This document shows positions 25,469 to 37,119 of a DNA stretch of 64,000 bases, piece by piece. Origin of the DNA: Takakia lepidozioides (Eukaryota; Plantae; Bryophyta); contig CM060731.1 of the NCBI GenBank assembly GCA_030704615.1, forward strand, positions 19,282,001 through 19,346,000, written 5' to 3'. Positions within the stretch are counted from its first letter, which is position 1, and every line of letters starts with the position of its first letter. Under the pieces are notes generated by a model. That model saw nothing but the letters and a program-made list of their open reading frames with translations. It had not been told where the DNA came from and searched no databases. The translations under genes were made by a program, and so were the position numbers.

Positions 25469-26468
25469 CTATGGAGCTTAAGAAGTTTTCCACTAGGAGG
25501 ATCAGAAATGCTTAGTCTTACCAGGAGAGTCAGATCGAAGAAGCAACGTCGTCAGCGATTGGGAAGCCGCCTAATTAAGCCTCACAAGGATTATCAACGT
25601 TCGTTCTACCAATGACAAAATGAGGGAAAACCACGGTTCTCGCTGAGAGCTTGCAGCTTGCAAGGTGAACGATGGCAGAAAACGCAGAGCTCCTGTGGTT
25701 TAAGAACTGCAATAACTTCAAGAACCGGGCAGACCGGGCAAGCTTTGGGAAACTTTGGCGCTTTGGGGTTTTTGGAGCGGGCAGTCCAGGCAGGGATCAA
25801 ACAAAAATATAACATACACATCTCGTGTTTCGTTGTTTCGCGCAAGAAGAATGGCAGAATGTTGCCGAAGTTGAACCAATCAAAATGCTTATGTGAACCT
25901 TGAGCCCTACGACCAATCATATTTTTGGGGAGTTTTATCAAAACATTTTTTGCCAAGTGGCAAAAAATAAGCAGTCTTGGGCCAGCAATGGCCCTTCATA
26001 ACACATGACCGAACCTATGGGTTGAGCCGATTGACTCACTAATAACAACCTACTCTTGTCACATTTGGATTCTTCATTCACTTGCATGGGCATTGACAAA
26101 GTCCAGATTAAGCATCCTCCATCACAGATCGTAAGAAATTCATAGTAAATCCAAAAAATATATTTCTTTCTCACGGTTAATAAAAATGCAAATGCCTTCA
26201 TGCCACAATCGGTAGAAATTCTGACAACAATGCTTATTTCCACGGAATTGGCATATCCACCCTATAGCAACTGCATTAAACGGAGGTATGAAGTGATTGA
26301 TTTGTATCATGAAGTAGATTGTGTTTCAGGTTTGAAGCTTAGGGAACTTTTCAGTTTGGGAATATCTTGCCAGAAATATATAGACACCAAGCTGTATTGA
26401 TTACTGAAACACTATGGCTGCTAGTGCATAGAGTATGCAATTCCGTTGCAATGTGCCAAAGCCATAAC

Positions 26469-26576
26469 CAATGTGCTATGGCTTCCCATGACCAAGATGT
26501 CAGGACACTCTCTTTGAACTTCCTCGCATATCGTACTCTTTATATCTCTTTGCTTCAACTAGTCTTCAAATTCCAC
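26469..26576 (-). pseudogene. Captured universal stress protein (USP-A like) exon, degenerate
   Basis: ag|VEFED*LKQRDIKSTICEEVQRECPDILVMGSHS resembles the USP motif W.K.GD.K..IC.EV.R..PD.LV.GS. Confidence 0.6.
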
Positions 26577-27188
26577 CTGTCATTAAAAAAAACCCACACA
26601 TGAGAAAAATACTGTGTCCAGCTCTCTTGTTCACAACATTTACGACACCTACGAGGGTTAAACTGATGCTTTCATTCAATGTACTGACACCCAGAATATC
26701 CAATCTGTAATACAAACATGATTGGTCTTTGGAGTTTCCAGTCAGTCACACCAGCTTCAGCATAGAAATGGGAGTGAACTTTTTCACTGTACTTTCATGC
26801 GCCCAAATTCGACCAAATGAGAGGAAAAAAGTTTCGGTGAAGAAGGAGCACGATGTGGATTACTAAATTCCCTAAGAGGATGCTCCAGTCATGAGGACCC
26901 GTGATCAAAGAAGCTGTGCACAGAATAATCAACTGGCCTATGTGGACCATAAACTCTATGTAAAAAAGAAGACACATGGAGTTTTGCTATCTAAAAAGAT
27001 GTCAGCATGAGCCTCACAATTGACTAGGGCATGATCTGCACTTTGCATGCTGTACAATTGGGCAAATTAACTTATGTAATCTCTTGTTCCATCCATACGA
27101 GTACGAGTACGAGAACCAAGCCTGCACTTGCCCAAAGCTCTTGTCAGAAATTTAGCCGGGGGCGGGGGGAGGAGGAAGACATGCTGGT

Positions 27189-28411
27189 CACTACAGGAAA
27201 AATGGGGGGTTTTCGCCGCCGCAGCCACGCCGCGGAGTCGTAAAACAGCCATTTTCGGGCGGGAAAAAAAACCAAATTTGCGACGTCCGGGCGTAGCAAG
27301 CCCGTCGTAAAAAAAACGTCGCAAATTTGCGACCAATGGGGGTCGCAAATATGCGAAACCGTGATTGGCGACGCCGACGCGATTTGCGACGCCCGGGCGT
27401 CGAAAAAGAAAAAAGAAAAAAGAAAAAAGAACTATTCTGCAATACAGAATTAGCACCGTCAGGGGGTCGCAAAGTGCGATGCCCGGACGTCACAATTTAA
27501 GGGGGTACATTTGAATTTAGGCGGGAAAATTTGAATTTGAAATTTGAATTTCAAAAACTTGTTGACCATTGACTCCGGTTCTGTCTAATGGCGATATGTT
27601 CATTGTTCTACATATATCATGCAACGCATATTTGAACCTAAGACCTCCACGTTATAACATTTCTAAGACACTACAAACTAACCAACACACCTACGCTATA
27701 TCTATGTATCACAAAAACAATCTAAATATATATATATATATACATATAAAGAGTTCCTTCAAGTTCCTTCTAAGGGGGTCTCTCTTGTGACGCCGGGGAG
27801 TTGCAACCTCCACAGCCTTACTGCCCAGCCCCAGCCCCAGCTCCAGCATCGTCGCCGTTGTTGTACCCCCCAACCCCAAGCAACGTCTTTGTGTGGACCT
27901 AAACTGACCACAACACCATTGCGACCCCCTGTGGCGACGCCGTTGCGACCCCTGACGTCGCAACGTTGGGCATCCCAGCGCGGGACGCCCCAGCGATGCT
28001 TTTGTGAAGTTGAGGGCCGCAAAGCCCAAGAAAAAAAAAAAAAAAAACTCCCACTGTGGTGATGCTGTTGCGACGTCTCGGCGTCGTAGAGGCGATGGGG
28101 CGCTCTTAGTGACACTTTTGCGACGCCGAGGCGTCGCAACGTCTAAATAAAATAATAATAATAATAATTATTATTATTATTATTTTGGATTTCCGACGCT
28201 GGGGCGTCGCAAGAAAAAAAATCCGTCGCAGCGAGGGCCCTATTTCCCCCTTCATGCCACCTTACGACGGCTGGGCGTCGTAATGGTGTGGCAGCGGGGG
28301 ATTGCGACGCCGGAATGTCGCAAAAAAACGCCGCGGGCTCGGCGTCGCGGGTTTAGCGCCGCACGGTGGGGCGCGGCTGGCGTCGCAAACCCCCCCCCAT
28401 TTCTTGTAGTG
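27189..28411. mobile_element. Non-autonomous CACTA (En/Spm) element nested in element B
   Basis: TIRs CACTACAGGAAAAATGGGGGG / CCCCCCATTTCTTGTAGTG; 3-bp flanks GGT/GAT (one mismatch); dense (t)gcgacgcc subterminal repeats in both orientations. Confidence 0.9.
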
Positions 28412-28584
28412 GATGGAGTTGGCTCATGAAAACAAAAAGAGAAAGTCCATGTAGGGGAGATCCAAAGCCCAGGGACACAAACAAGAAAAGAGAGAGAAGT
28501 GCTTATAGTCATCAGCTGGCGCATGGAGGCTATCCATATCTTCATATCCTGCTCACAACAACTCAGTAAAAGACAAAGGGTTCC

Positions 28585-29665
28585 ATGCACCTCTTTGCTC
28601 TTTCAGCTAGAGTGTTGAAAACTCCCTTCACATCCTTCATGCACCTACATTTGGCAAACATGTCAACCAGGGCAGTGTTCAGGATAACATCTCGTACAAT
28701 TCCAGCTTTGACGATGTCACCATGGACCTCTTTCCCCTTTTCCAGAGCTTCTTTCATTGTCAGCTACTAGCAGCAAGGCAAGGATCTATGCATAATTTGT
28801 TATAGGAAACACCCAACTCAACTTATCACACTATTCTACAACAAATGTATGCACCTGGTTGTCCACCTCAATACAACAGTGAGACCTGGCTCCTTTCTGA
28901 GACCTCTGTCCCTCATCATTATTCTCACCTTGGCAGTATCGTTCCGCCTGCCAGCCTTGATAGTAATACATAAATAGCAGCATCATGTGGATCCCATTTA
29001 GAAAGACATTTTGCTGCACTTTCTGCCACCTCCACATTGCCATGAATTCTGCAAGCACGAAGCAAGGTCTGCCACACTAAAGCAGCTGGTTCGATTGATA
29101 TTTTGTTCATGAAGTCCTCTGCCACCTCCACTCGACCTGCGCGGCCAAGAAGGTCCACAATGCAGCCAAAATGCTCCATTGTAGGAGCGAGGCCATGATT
29201 TTGACTCACGGAATCAAACCATGCTGGGCATATCCTGCGATCATCGCATTCCACGACATCACATTTCATTCAGCCATATTGTCAAATACTCCCTTTGCAT
29301 CCTTCATGCACCCACATTTCGCATACATGTCCACCAGGGCAGTGTCCAGAATGATATTTGGTACAATTCCAGCTTTGACGATGCAATCATGGACCTCTTT
29401 GCCCTTTTCCAGAGCTGCCAGGCTTGCACACGCACTGCAAACACACACAAACGTGATGTAGTCGGGCCTCACCCCTTCGCACATCATTTTCTCATAGGTC
29501 TCCAAAGCCTCCGTCCCGCGCTCGTCTTGTGCATACCCTGCGTTGGGCAGTGTTCAGAATGACATCTGGTACAATTCCAGATTTGACGATGTCACCATGG
29601 ACCTCTGCCCACTTTTCCAGGGCTACCAGGCTTGCACGCGCACTGCAAATGCAAACAAACGTGCC
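28585..29665 (-). pseudogene. Captured, internally duplicated PLS/E-class PPR fragments
   Basis: GVRPDYITFVCVCSACASLAALEKGKEVH, TALVDMYAKCG, EHFGCIVDLLGRAG, IEVDNQVHTF; homologous to 17490-17945 but in opposite orientation. Confidence 0.92.
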
Positions 29666-32522
29666 TTTAGTTGACCATCTACCCATGTAGGTTTCTTGTA
29701 CCTATTGATCCACAGGGAATCATAGGTAATCTGGAGCTTGAAGTCCGGTCCCCTTGGATGAATCTGGACCCGCACTCTATCCCTGCTCCTTCAACTATCC
29801 ATGCCTCTACACAAATCATGTATACATCCTTGCCTTGCTGCTAGCAGCTGACAATGACAGCCTGCTCAACAAACTTTGGAATGGAGCTATGCCCTTCGTA
29901 AGTAGGTTAAACTTATTAGCTTATCAGGGGAGCTACATGGGCATAGGACTATAAGATAAAACCAAAACAAGGAGATGCTATGACAAAGACCACAAAAAGC
30001 ACGGGAACAGACATATTTGAATTGGGCCGATTAAGACAATGTAAATAATGTCACAATGCCTAGGTTGTCTTGATCAAGGGAGCAAGACTTGCCGTATCCT
30101 TATTCGCCCTCACAAGAGCAAGTTGCAAAGACCCCAAGCTCTCTTTGCAGATACAAATAACTTGAACCAAATGCTGTTATTGATAGGTGCAAGCATGAGC
30201 TGTTCATCCTGTGCATCTCAAGGCATAATTGCTATCTCGAAATTCTCAAGTTGTGGTGCTCAGGGAACTGACAGTGAGCAGTTGCCTGATGTTGTTCCAA
30301 GCTCACGAGATTATAGTCTCCATTTCGAACCAATCTTTTGGTAACCCAAAGCTTGAGTAGCCTATTTCAATCTAGGAGAGGAACAAGTAGTCATGCACAT
30401 TGGGTCTGGAAGCTGCAAAGACTTTTATGGAACTGCTATTGAATATTGTGGCTTCTCCTCATCTCTGTTACCTCCAACAGGCATTCACCTTTTTGCCTCG
30501 ATTGTCCCACCATTGACGGGGGTCAGAAAAGTATTCATTCCACAGTTTCTCCTTGTCTCTGTTACCTGTTTCTGGATACTTTCCTGTTGTAACACTAGCA
30601 GTATCATGTCAAAGTCACTCCAAACTATCAAAGGTTCACTCAACCAGCTAACTTGCAGAATTCAACATGAAAATTTAGGGCCGATTCTGATAAGAGGGAA
30701 AAACAGGATGAAATGTGTTGAAGAAGGTGCCTGCATTAGCAGTGCCACGTTCTATCAATTGTGCCACTGCCGCTGCTGTTTCCAATTGACTGCGGTCGGA
30801 AAAATGTTCACTCCAAAGTTTCTCCTCATCTCTGCTATCTGTTTTTGGATATTTTCCTGTTGCCACATCGGCAGTAAATTGTCAAAGTCACTCCAAACCA
30901 CCACAGATCCACCCAACAAGCTAACTTACAGAATTCAATATACATCTCAGGGCCGAGTCTGATGCAATGGCAAAACAGGCTGAAATAGGTCGAAGAAGAA
31001 GGTGCCCTCACCACATTGTCCATGACCTTGTGTCATCATCCATGCAGGATTTGGCCGACCATCACCCCAAAAAAACCTCTTGTGTGCTGCTTGTGTCTGT
31101 AGACAGGTAATGTCGGGTTGGTCTGTGAAAACCACCACGGTGCAGCTGAGCAGACAAAGATTGAAAAATGGCCTCTAAGACCAAGCTGAATCTCCCAAGA
31201 ACCTTGTAAACATCAGGAAGAATACCAAATCATGGTACTAAGAGCCCACATTTGCAGGATGGACAAACTTCTTCACATCGTACATTCAGAAAAGCGACAC
31301 CTTGCGATTGTGGTTGTCCCACCATGTGCGAGAGCTCCTGCTGTGTACTCACAATCTGTGAACGTCTCCAACGTCTCCAACGTCTCCATCTGCGAATCGC
31401 GATCGGCCTGTGAAACCCCTCCTGCGGTTCAAGAAGATCAAGACACGGGCAGGTTGGGCAGTTTCGAAAAACTGGCGTGACGAGTTCTATTCGCGTTTAT
31501 CGGGCGGGCAGTTCGGGCAGACTCGACAGAATTTGACGACGAAACGTGACGACGATGACATGGCGACGAAAATGTGGCACTATGGCACCCTATTCCTACT
31601 CTATGCTAAAACTAGCTTCCGACCTTCGGTCGTCGCTAGAATTAAAAAATAAATAAAATAGAATCACAAGACAATGGTGCCAACACCAACTTATTTGAGG
31701 CCCATTAGATCATACTGCTGAGGGTGAAGATAACACCGTTGATTTATTTTTGTTTTATTAATTAAAAAATATTACTGTTATTATCTTAAGAGGTAGTAGT
31801 ACTACTACTAGGTCACAAATCGCAAACAAACAAACAAAGTCCTCACATTTTCTTATAGAAAGATTGGAGATGCTATCTACACTATTCCAAAAACCTTATG
31901 GAACATTTCAGTACATTTTCTTATTAGGCAGCTTCTTTCCTTATTTCTCCTCTTTAAAGTGAGTTTTGATAAATGAGACAGTTTTGGTGTATTTTTGAAG
32001 TTGGATCTATAGTGTTGTTCTCTCCATATTTCCAAAATCGCTGGCGGGGCCACCTGTGAATTCTACCTAGTGCACATGTGGCGAGAATAACGAGGTGACA
32101 GAGCTAGAAAAGTGGTATATTCCAGGAAGATTAGGCTTCTGAAATTCATTTATTTGCAAAAATCTCGAATTTAACCCCCCATAATTCCTTTGTACAATAA
32201 TATATGACACCTCCCGAAGGAAGCGTAAATTATGGTATCTCTTCACCCCGAAGGGTTACTGCCTTCCGCTAGGAAGGTGAACACCTTTGTGACACCAATC
32301 GGTAGATTGAACCCACAACCACTTTGGAGGTGGTATGTGCCCATTACCACTTCGTTGTCATTCCTTTGTACAAGTTGCTGACCGAGTTTCCAGGTCGAAA
32401 TCTGGCGATTTTTTGCCAGAAAAAAAAAACACATTCTATACTACGTCACGGCGCTCATACATATTGGGACACGGCTTTAGATAGGTATTGTTTTTTTCTT
32501 TTTCTTTTTTTAAAAAAGAAAA

Positions 32523-32858
32523 TAAGGGAAACACCTGGGAGCGACAGCTCACAAATCAGGCTGAGAGGAGAAAATAATCTCTTTCTCAGTAACCGCGCCA
32601 TGGAGGCGTAGAAATAGGCCCCTTAATAGTGAGAGGAGAAAATAATCTCTTTCTCAGTAACCGCGCCATGGAGGCGTAGACATAGGCCCCTTTGAGAGGA
32701 GAAAATAATCTCTTTCACAGTAACCGCCCCATGGAGGCTTAGAAATGGGACACCGCCCATGGACGGGGGAGAAGAGTATATACCCGTCAAGTAGCAGGAT
32801 TTGACCCCAAAAGCATTTGGGTGGCACTTAGTGCACTAACCAACTGAGCTACCGACTG
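32523..32858 (-). mobile_element. tRNA-derived SINE, copy 3, with internal ~60-68-bp triplication
   Basis: Head cagtcggtagctcagttggttagtgcactaagtgccac...; gagaggagaaaataatctctttc.cagtaaccgc.ccatggaggc occurs three times. Confidence 0.85.
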
Positions 32859-33091
32859 TTGGTTACTTTTGTAATAGTGAAAGACAATGTTTTGTGTCAA
32901 CCTTCTTCAGACTTTTACAAGCGATTGGGACTAAAGACAACTGACCAGTACGGTTGCTGGATGAGAAACAGAATTATTAAAAAATGCTAATAAAAGGCAT
33001 AAACCCATTTCCTTGGAATGTAAGAGTATGGCAACTGGGAAACAAATTCTCTTAGTATTTTTTAGTTTTTTCAGTTTTGTTATTAAAATTC

Positions 33092-33305
33092 AAAGAAAAC
33101 CTGGGAGCAACTGGTCACAAATCAGGCCCTCAAGGGGGAAAAATTAACCCCCTTTCAGATAAGCCATTGGGCACCCAGGAGGGAAACATCACCCCCAGAC
33201 CAACCGGTCACGAAACAAATCATACCCACAGGACACAGTGGCAGGATTTGAGCCCTGAACCACCAGGGTGGCACACAGTGCACTTATCCAACTAAGCTAC
33301 CAGCC
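33092..33305 (-). mobile_element. tRNA-derived SINE, diverged copy 4
   Basis: ggtagcttagttggataagtgcactgtgtgccaccc...gggctcaaatcc head; cctgggagc.ac...tcacaaatcaggccc body. Confidence 0.75.
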
Positions 33306-33652
33306 TCACCCCACAACTTGAGTGCAATTATTTTATCCAAACCGGCAGGGGGATGACCCAGAGGTATTAATTTAGCAGTCACACCAACCAACAAATATTC
33401 CTGTAAATGTTATTAATTTAATCCCCCATTTTAGTAGGCTACAATTCAGCCATTCTTTTAGTGGCGAATAATCGCCTAATTTCGACCTCAAAAAATAAAA
33501 TGGAATATTCTTTTGCAAATTTCTTTTATCATGGATGAAATCACCAAACTTCTCCAAACAAAAAGTAAATCATGGATGAGTTTGCCAAATGTGGATGATA
33601 TCAATGGATGAAAATACAAAAGAAGATGATTGTATCCAAATTTCACTGGCTG

Positions 33653-34300
33653 AACAGAAGGAAGATAATAGGAATAATGTAAGAACTTAATGCACACGTG
33701 CAACCTCTGACAGGATGGTACGCCGGTTTCCGGCATGTCAAATCTTCCCCACTCTCTCTTGAGAGTGACATGGAGCTGAAGGAGTGTCAACTCCAGTCGG
33801 GGTTACACGACGAGGTGTGTAACTCCACTTGGGGTTACATTGAGTTACACTACAAGGTCTGTAACTCCACTTGGGGTTACATTGGGTTACACCACGAAGC
33901 TGTAATTCCACTCGGTGTAACTCACACTTGGTCTCGAAATTTGACTAAGTATAAAATGGACTAACCCGAGTTACATGAGAAACCGGGGTTACAGAGGGTA
34001 ACACCAATTGAAGGGTTACATCGGTGTTACACTACAAGAGCCTTCCATCAAGAATCGAACCCTGAAATCACACTGCCTGCATCACACTGCTATCACCTAA
34101 CCGTCATGCCATCAACCACAACTTGCAACCCCCTTGGATTCTTAAGTATTTAATAGTAAAACCGAGGTAAGAGGGGGTGGGGATGATTTGACAGGGGCCC
34201 CGCCGGAGTAGCCCAGGCTGCCGGAATCCGGCGAAAGTACCGTCAGATCACACACGTCCATTAACTTCCTACATTATTCCTATTGTCTTCCCTTTCGGTT
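33653..34300. mobile_element. Non-autonomous DNA transposon with long imperfect TIRs; superfamily unclear
   Basis: ggaagataataggaataatgtaagaacttaatgcacacgtg versus reverse complement of cacacgtccattaacttcctacattattcctattgtcttcc; internal gtaactccacttggggttaca repeats. Confidence 0.7.
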
Positions 34301-35360
34301 AATGTGGTTATTTTTTCTTTGCTTTTTCAGTTTGATGAAAAGGGTAGAGTCTACAGTCCCCATTTATGGGTAAAACAAAATAAAAATAAAAATAATTCAT
34401 TACATATCAGTCTGAAAACCCAACCAGTTCGATGGCCCACACTATCCGCCGGACCGGCCTGACTGCTGTCAACTAAGATCTGATGTCAACACCCACCATC
34501 GCAAAGATAGTAGACAATATGCCGTCTAATTCCCTAAACAATTCAGGCATCAACCAAGTCCATGTGGTCACATATGGTCACAGCCTGACAAAAATCCTCA
34601 AAGAACGGATGTTTGAATTTGGAACATGCACTCCGCAATATAACCGGAGCGGTCAAAGTCTTTGTCAAGTTAATAGTCGTATGTGCAAAACACATCATTC
34701 CGTTGCACAAAGTCGATGAGGATTAGAGGGATGATGAAAGCCTTGGCATGTGGATTGGTTTGGCGTGTCTTGCCTGGCCTAGTCAAGGCCAAGGCCGGTT
34801 CAATTGAAGGGGTGCGTTTGAATGTCTCCAAGTGTCGGTCGGGAGACTTCTTTGCTATTTTGTTGGAGCAACCGTCTGGTACTGAGATTTGGTTTTCATG
34901 TTACCACAGGCCCAGCACAGCTTTATCATACAAACCTGCAATACTCTACAGTAAAACACTGCTTTAGCGGGGGTCAAGAGAATGAAGAAACGAAAGTAGA
35001 CATCCATATTTTGCTCGTCTGATGACAACCAACACTGGTAATGGGCACATACCACCGCGGAAGTGGTCATGGGTTCAATCCATCGATTGGTGTCAAAAAG
35101 GTGTCCCCCTTCGTACCGGAAGGCAGCAACCCTTCGCGGTGAACACCATAATTTGCGCTTCCTTGGGGAGGCGTCAAATAATAAATGTTAATGCTCATCT
35201 GATTTATGGGTTCTGTGGGTTTTGAAGTTCATTTTTTGCAAAGAAAATGAACAAAACCAAACATCCAAAATGGACGATTTTGCTTTGTGGATTATCTGTG
35301 AAAGTACAATTAAAACTGAGATGGGTTTTACCAAACTTTGTAATTCTGATTTGTGGGATA

Positions 35361-35930
35361 CCGTCCCTGGACAACCGTTTAGGCATTTTTGCGCCTAATA
35401 ATAAATTCAATCAATCAGCAGATTAGGCACGTTTTGAAAACCATTTCTCACATTAGGCATCTTCATGCTATAATTTTTAGAATTAGGCACATGAGAAGAG
35501 AAAGCATTTATTTTCTTAAGAATAAAATTACAAAATAGACACCCAATGCCCATGGCCCTTTCCAGGCTCCAGCTACCTTTCATGGAGAGATCACGGCCAT
35601 TAGCGAGGAGGATGAATATGATGACATTGTCGAGTCCATGCAAGGGCCTTTCAAAGTTACACAGAGCTCTCGCAAATAGGTTGCGAAGTTATTTCCGCAC
35701 GCATATATTTGTATCGAATTTTTGTTCAATGAAATTTTGATCTTATTACAAACAACATGAGAAGAGGCTTGCAAGTTTTTTGCTGGAATTTTTGGGCATT
35801 AGGCACTTTTGTCCCATAGTTTCCGAACAATTAGGCCAAAATCTGAAAAATTCACAGAATTGGTTAGGCACTTTCATTTTGATTTTTTTTTAATTAATTA
35901 TCGCCTAAATGGTTGTGAGTCCAGGGACAA
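35361..35930. mobile_element. MITE with TA flanks (Tc1/mariner-like)
   Basis: TIRs GTCCCTGGAC--AACCGTTTAGGC / GCCTAAATGGTTGTGAGTCCAGGGAC, TA on both sides, repeated ttaggcac subterminal motif. Confidence 0.7.
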
Positions 35931-37119
35931 TATGTTTGAAATTGCCAAAACTGAGTTGTTTAGTCTAAGATCAACTCGATGTGGCTTTTTGTCTCTCCCT
36001 CAAACTGTTGTAACTCCGCTTCATTAGAAGTGATAACTCTATATTTTAGGCCAAACTCCTCCGATATTCTGAGGTAGTAGATAAGCCCAGGTAAAGGGCT
36101 CTCAGGTACTGTTCTTAGTCATCCGGCCTCATGGCAGCCTTGTGGCACTCTAAGGGTTTTAATTTTTTTCCCTTCAATAATCCCAAATAAAGCTTCCAGG
36201 GCCAGACCCCTGTTCTCAAAAAAAAAAAAAACTGAGTTGGGCTTTTCGATTTCCTTGCAAGTAAATGAATGAAACTTAGTAAACATTGCTTTGTGGATCA
36301 GGTGAACTGAGTCAGTGGGTTTTGCGTCGTCCAAGATTGTGGGTTATGTTCAAAGGACAAATGGCAGCGGGGCGTGGCCAGTTCCCCGCACCTGCAAATA
36401 GGATGTTTGTAGAAAATAGTGGGAGTGAAGACAAAGGGCACAAGTAGGTAGCCAGCAACACAAGCGTTCAAAATGGTGGCGTTTTGCGTGTCGTTTGCGG
36501 GCTACAAGTCTGCAGTAAAGACATCGCTAGCCGTTAAGGCCGAGGAGGAATGCCACTTGTTAAATCGGCCAACCGCCCTAGATATTGTGTCGGTTTGTTT
36601 ATCGCTCTTCAAATCGTCTCCTGAAGTAGATCATTGCCTGATCTAGATCTATAAGTGTGAGATCTCGGTTTGAGCTCTGCGAATTCATCTTTCGAATTCG
36701 TGAACATTTGATTAAACTTGGAAACTATTGAGAGGTGGTCAGCATCTCACTAGGTCCGTCATCGTTCTTGTAATCCCAGGAAGCTGTGTTCAGAGAGGTG
36801 CAGCCAGGTGGTTATGTTCCGAGTTCATTCAGTACATGCGAATGATAACCACATTTGCCTATCAGTTCCTCTTTGTTAGCCTATCAGAATATTCAATGCA
36901 ATCTGTCTCTAGATCTATGTTATCACCTCTCAATCCATTCAAAAATTCCACTGGACTAACTTAGTACCTGGCATTTCTTGTTGAGCGATTGACAAATCCG
37001 TGTTCAAACTGAGCATCTTCCAGAACTTGGAGAATCAAAGAGTCGTGCATCACCATCTAATTTCTAAGCAACCTGTAGATCGCATGTCATTGATTTCATT
37101 TCAATCTCCTTCAGTTCAG

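Larger units (their letters stand above)
22839..31639 (-). mobile_element. Helitron-like element B (non-autonomous, gene-capturing), in tandem with A
   Basis: Same 3' end ctagggcttcgcgttgctccgc at 22839; subTIRs ctagcgacgac at 22865-22875 and gtcgtcgctag at 31629-31639; hairpin cgacc-ttc-ggtcg at 31620-31632; shares 23018-23238 with 15240-15480 and 31425-31639 with 22600-22824. Confidence 0.85.

Noticed and set aside
17490-29665. Functional gene cluster (PAL, NTRC, SUMO, PPR, dynein, USP)
   Set aside because: All are partial, most have stops or frameshifts, and all lie within the Helitron-like termini.
37000-37083. ORF-track N-terminal extension of the AP2 protein
   Set aside because: Starts at GTG; eukaryotic initiation is expected at a downstream ATG.
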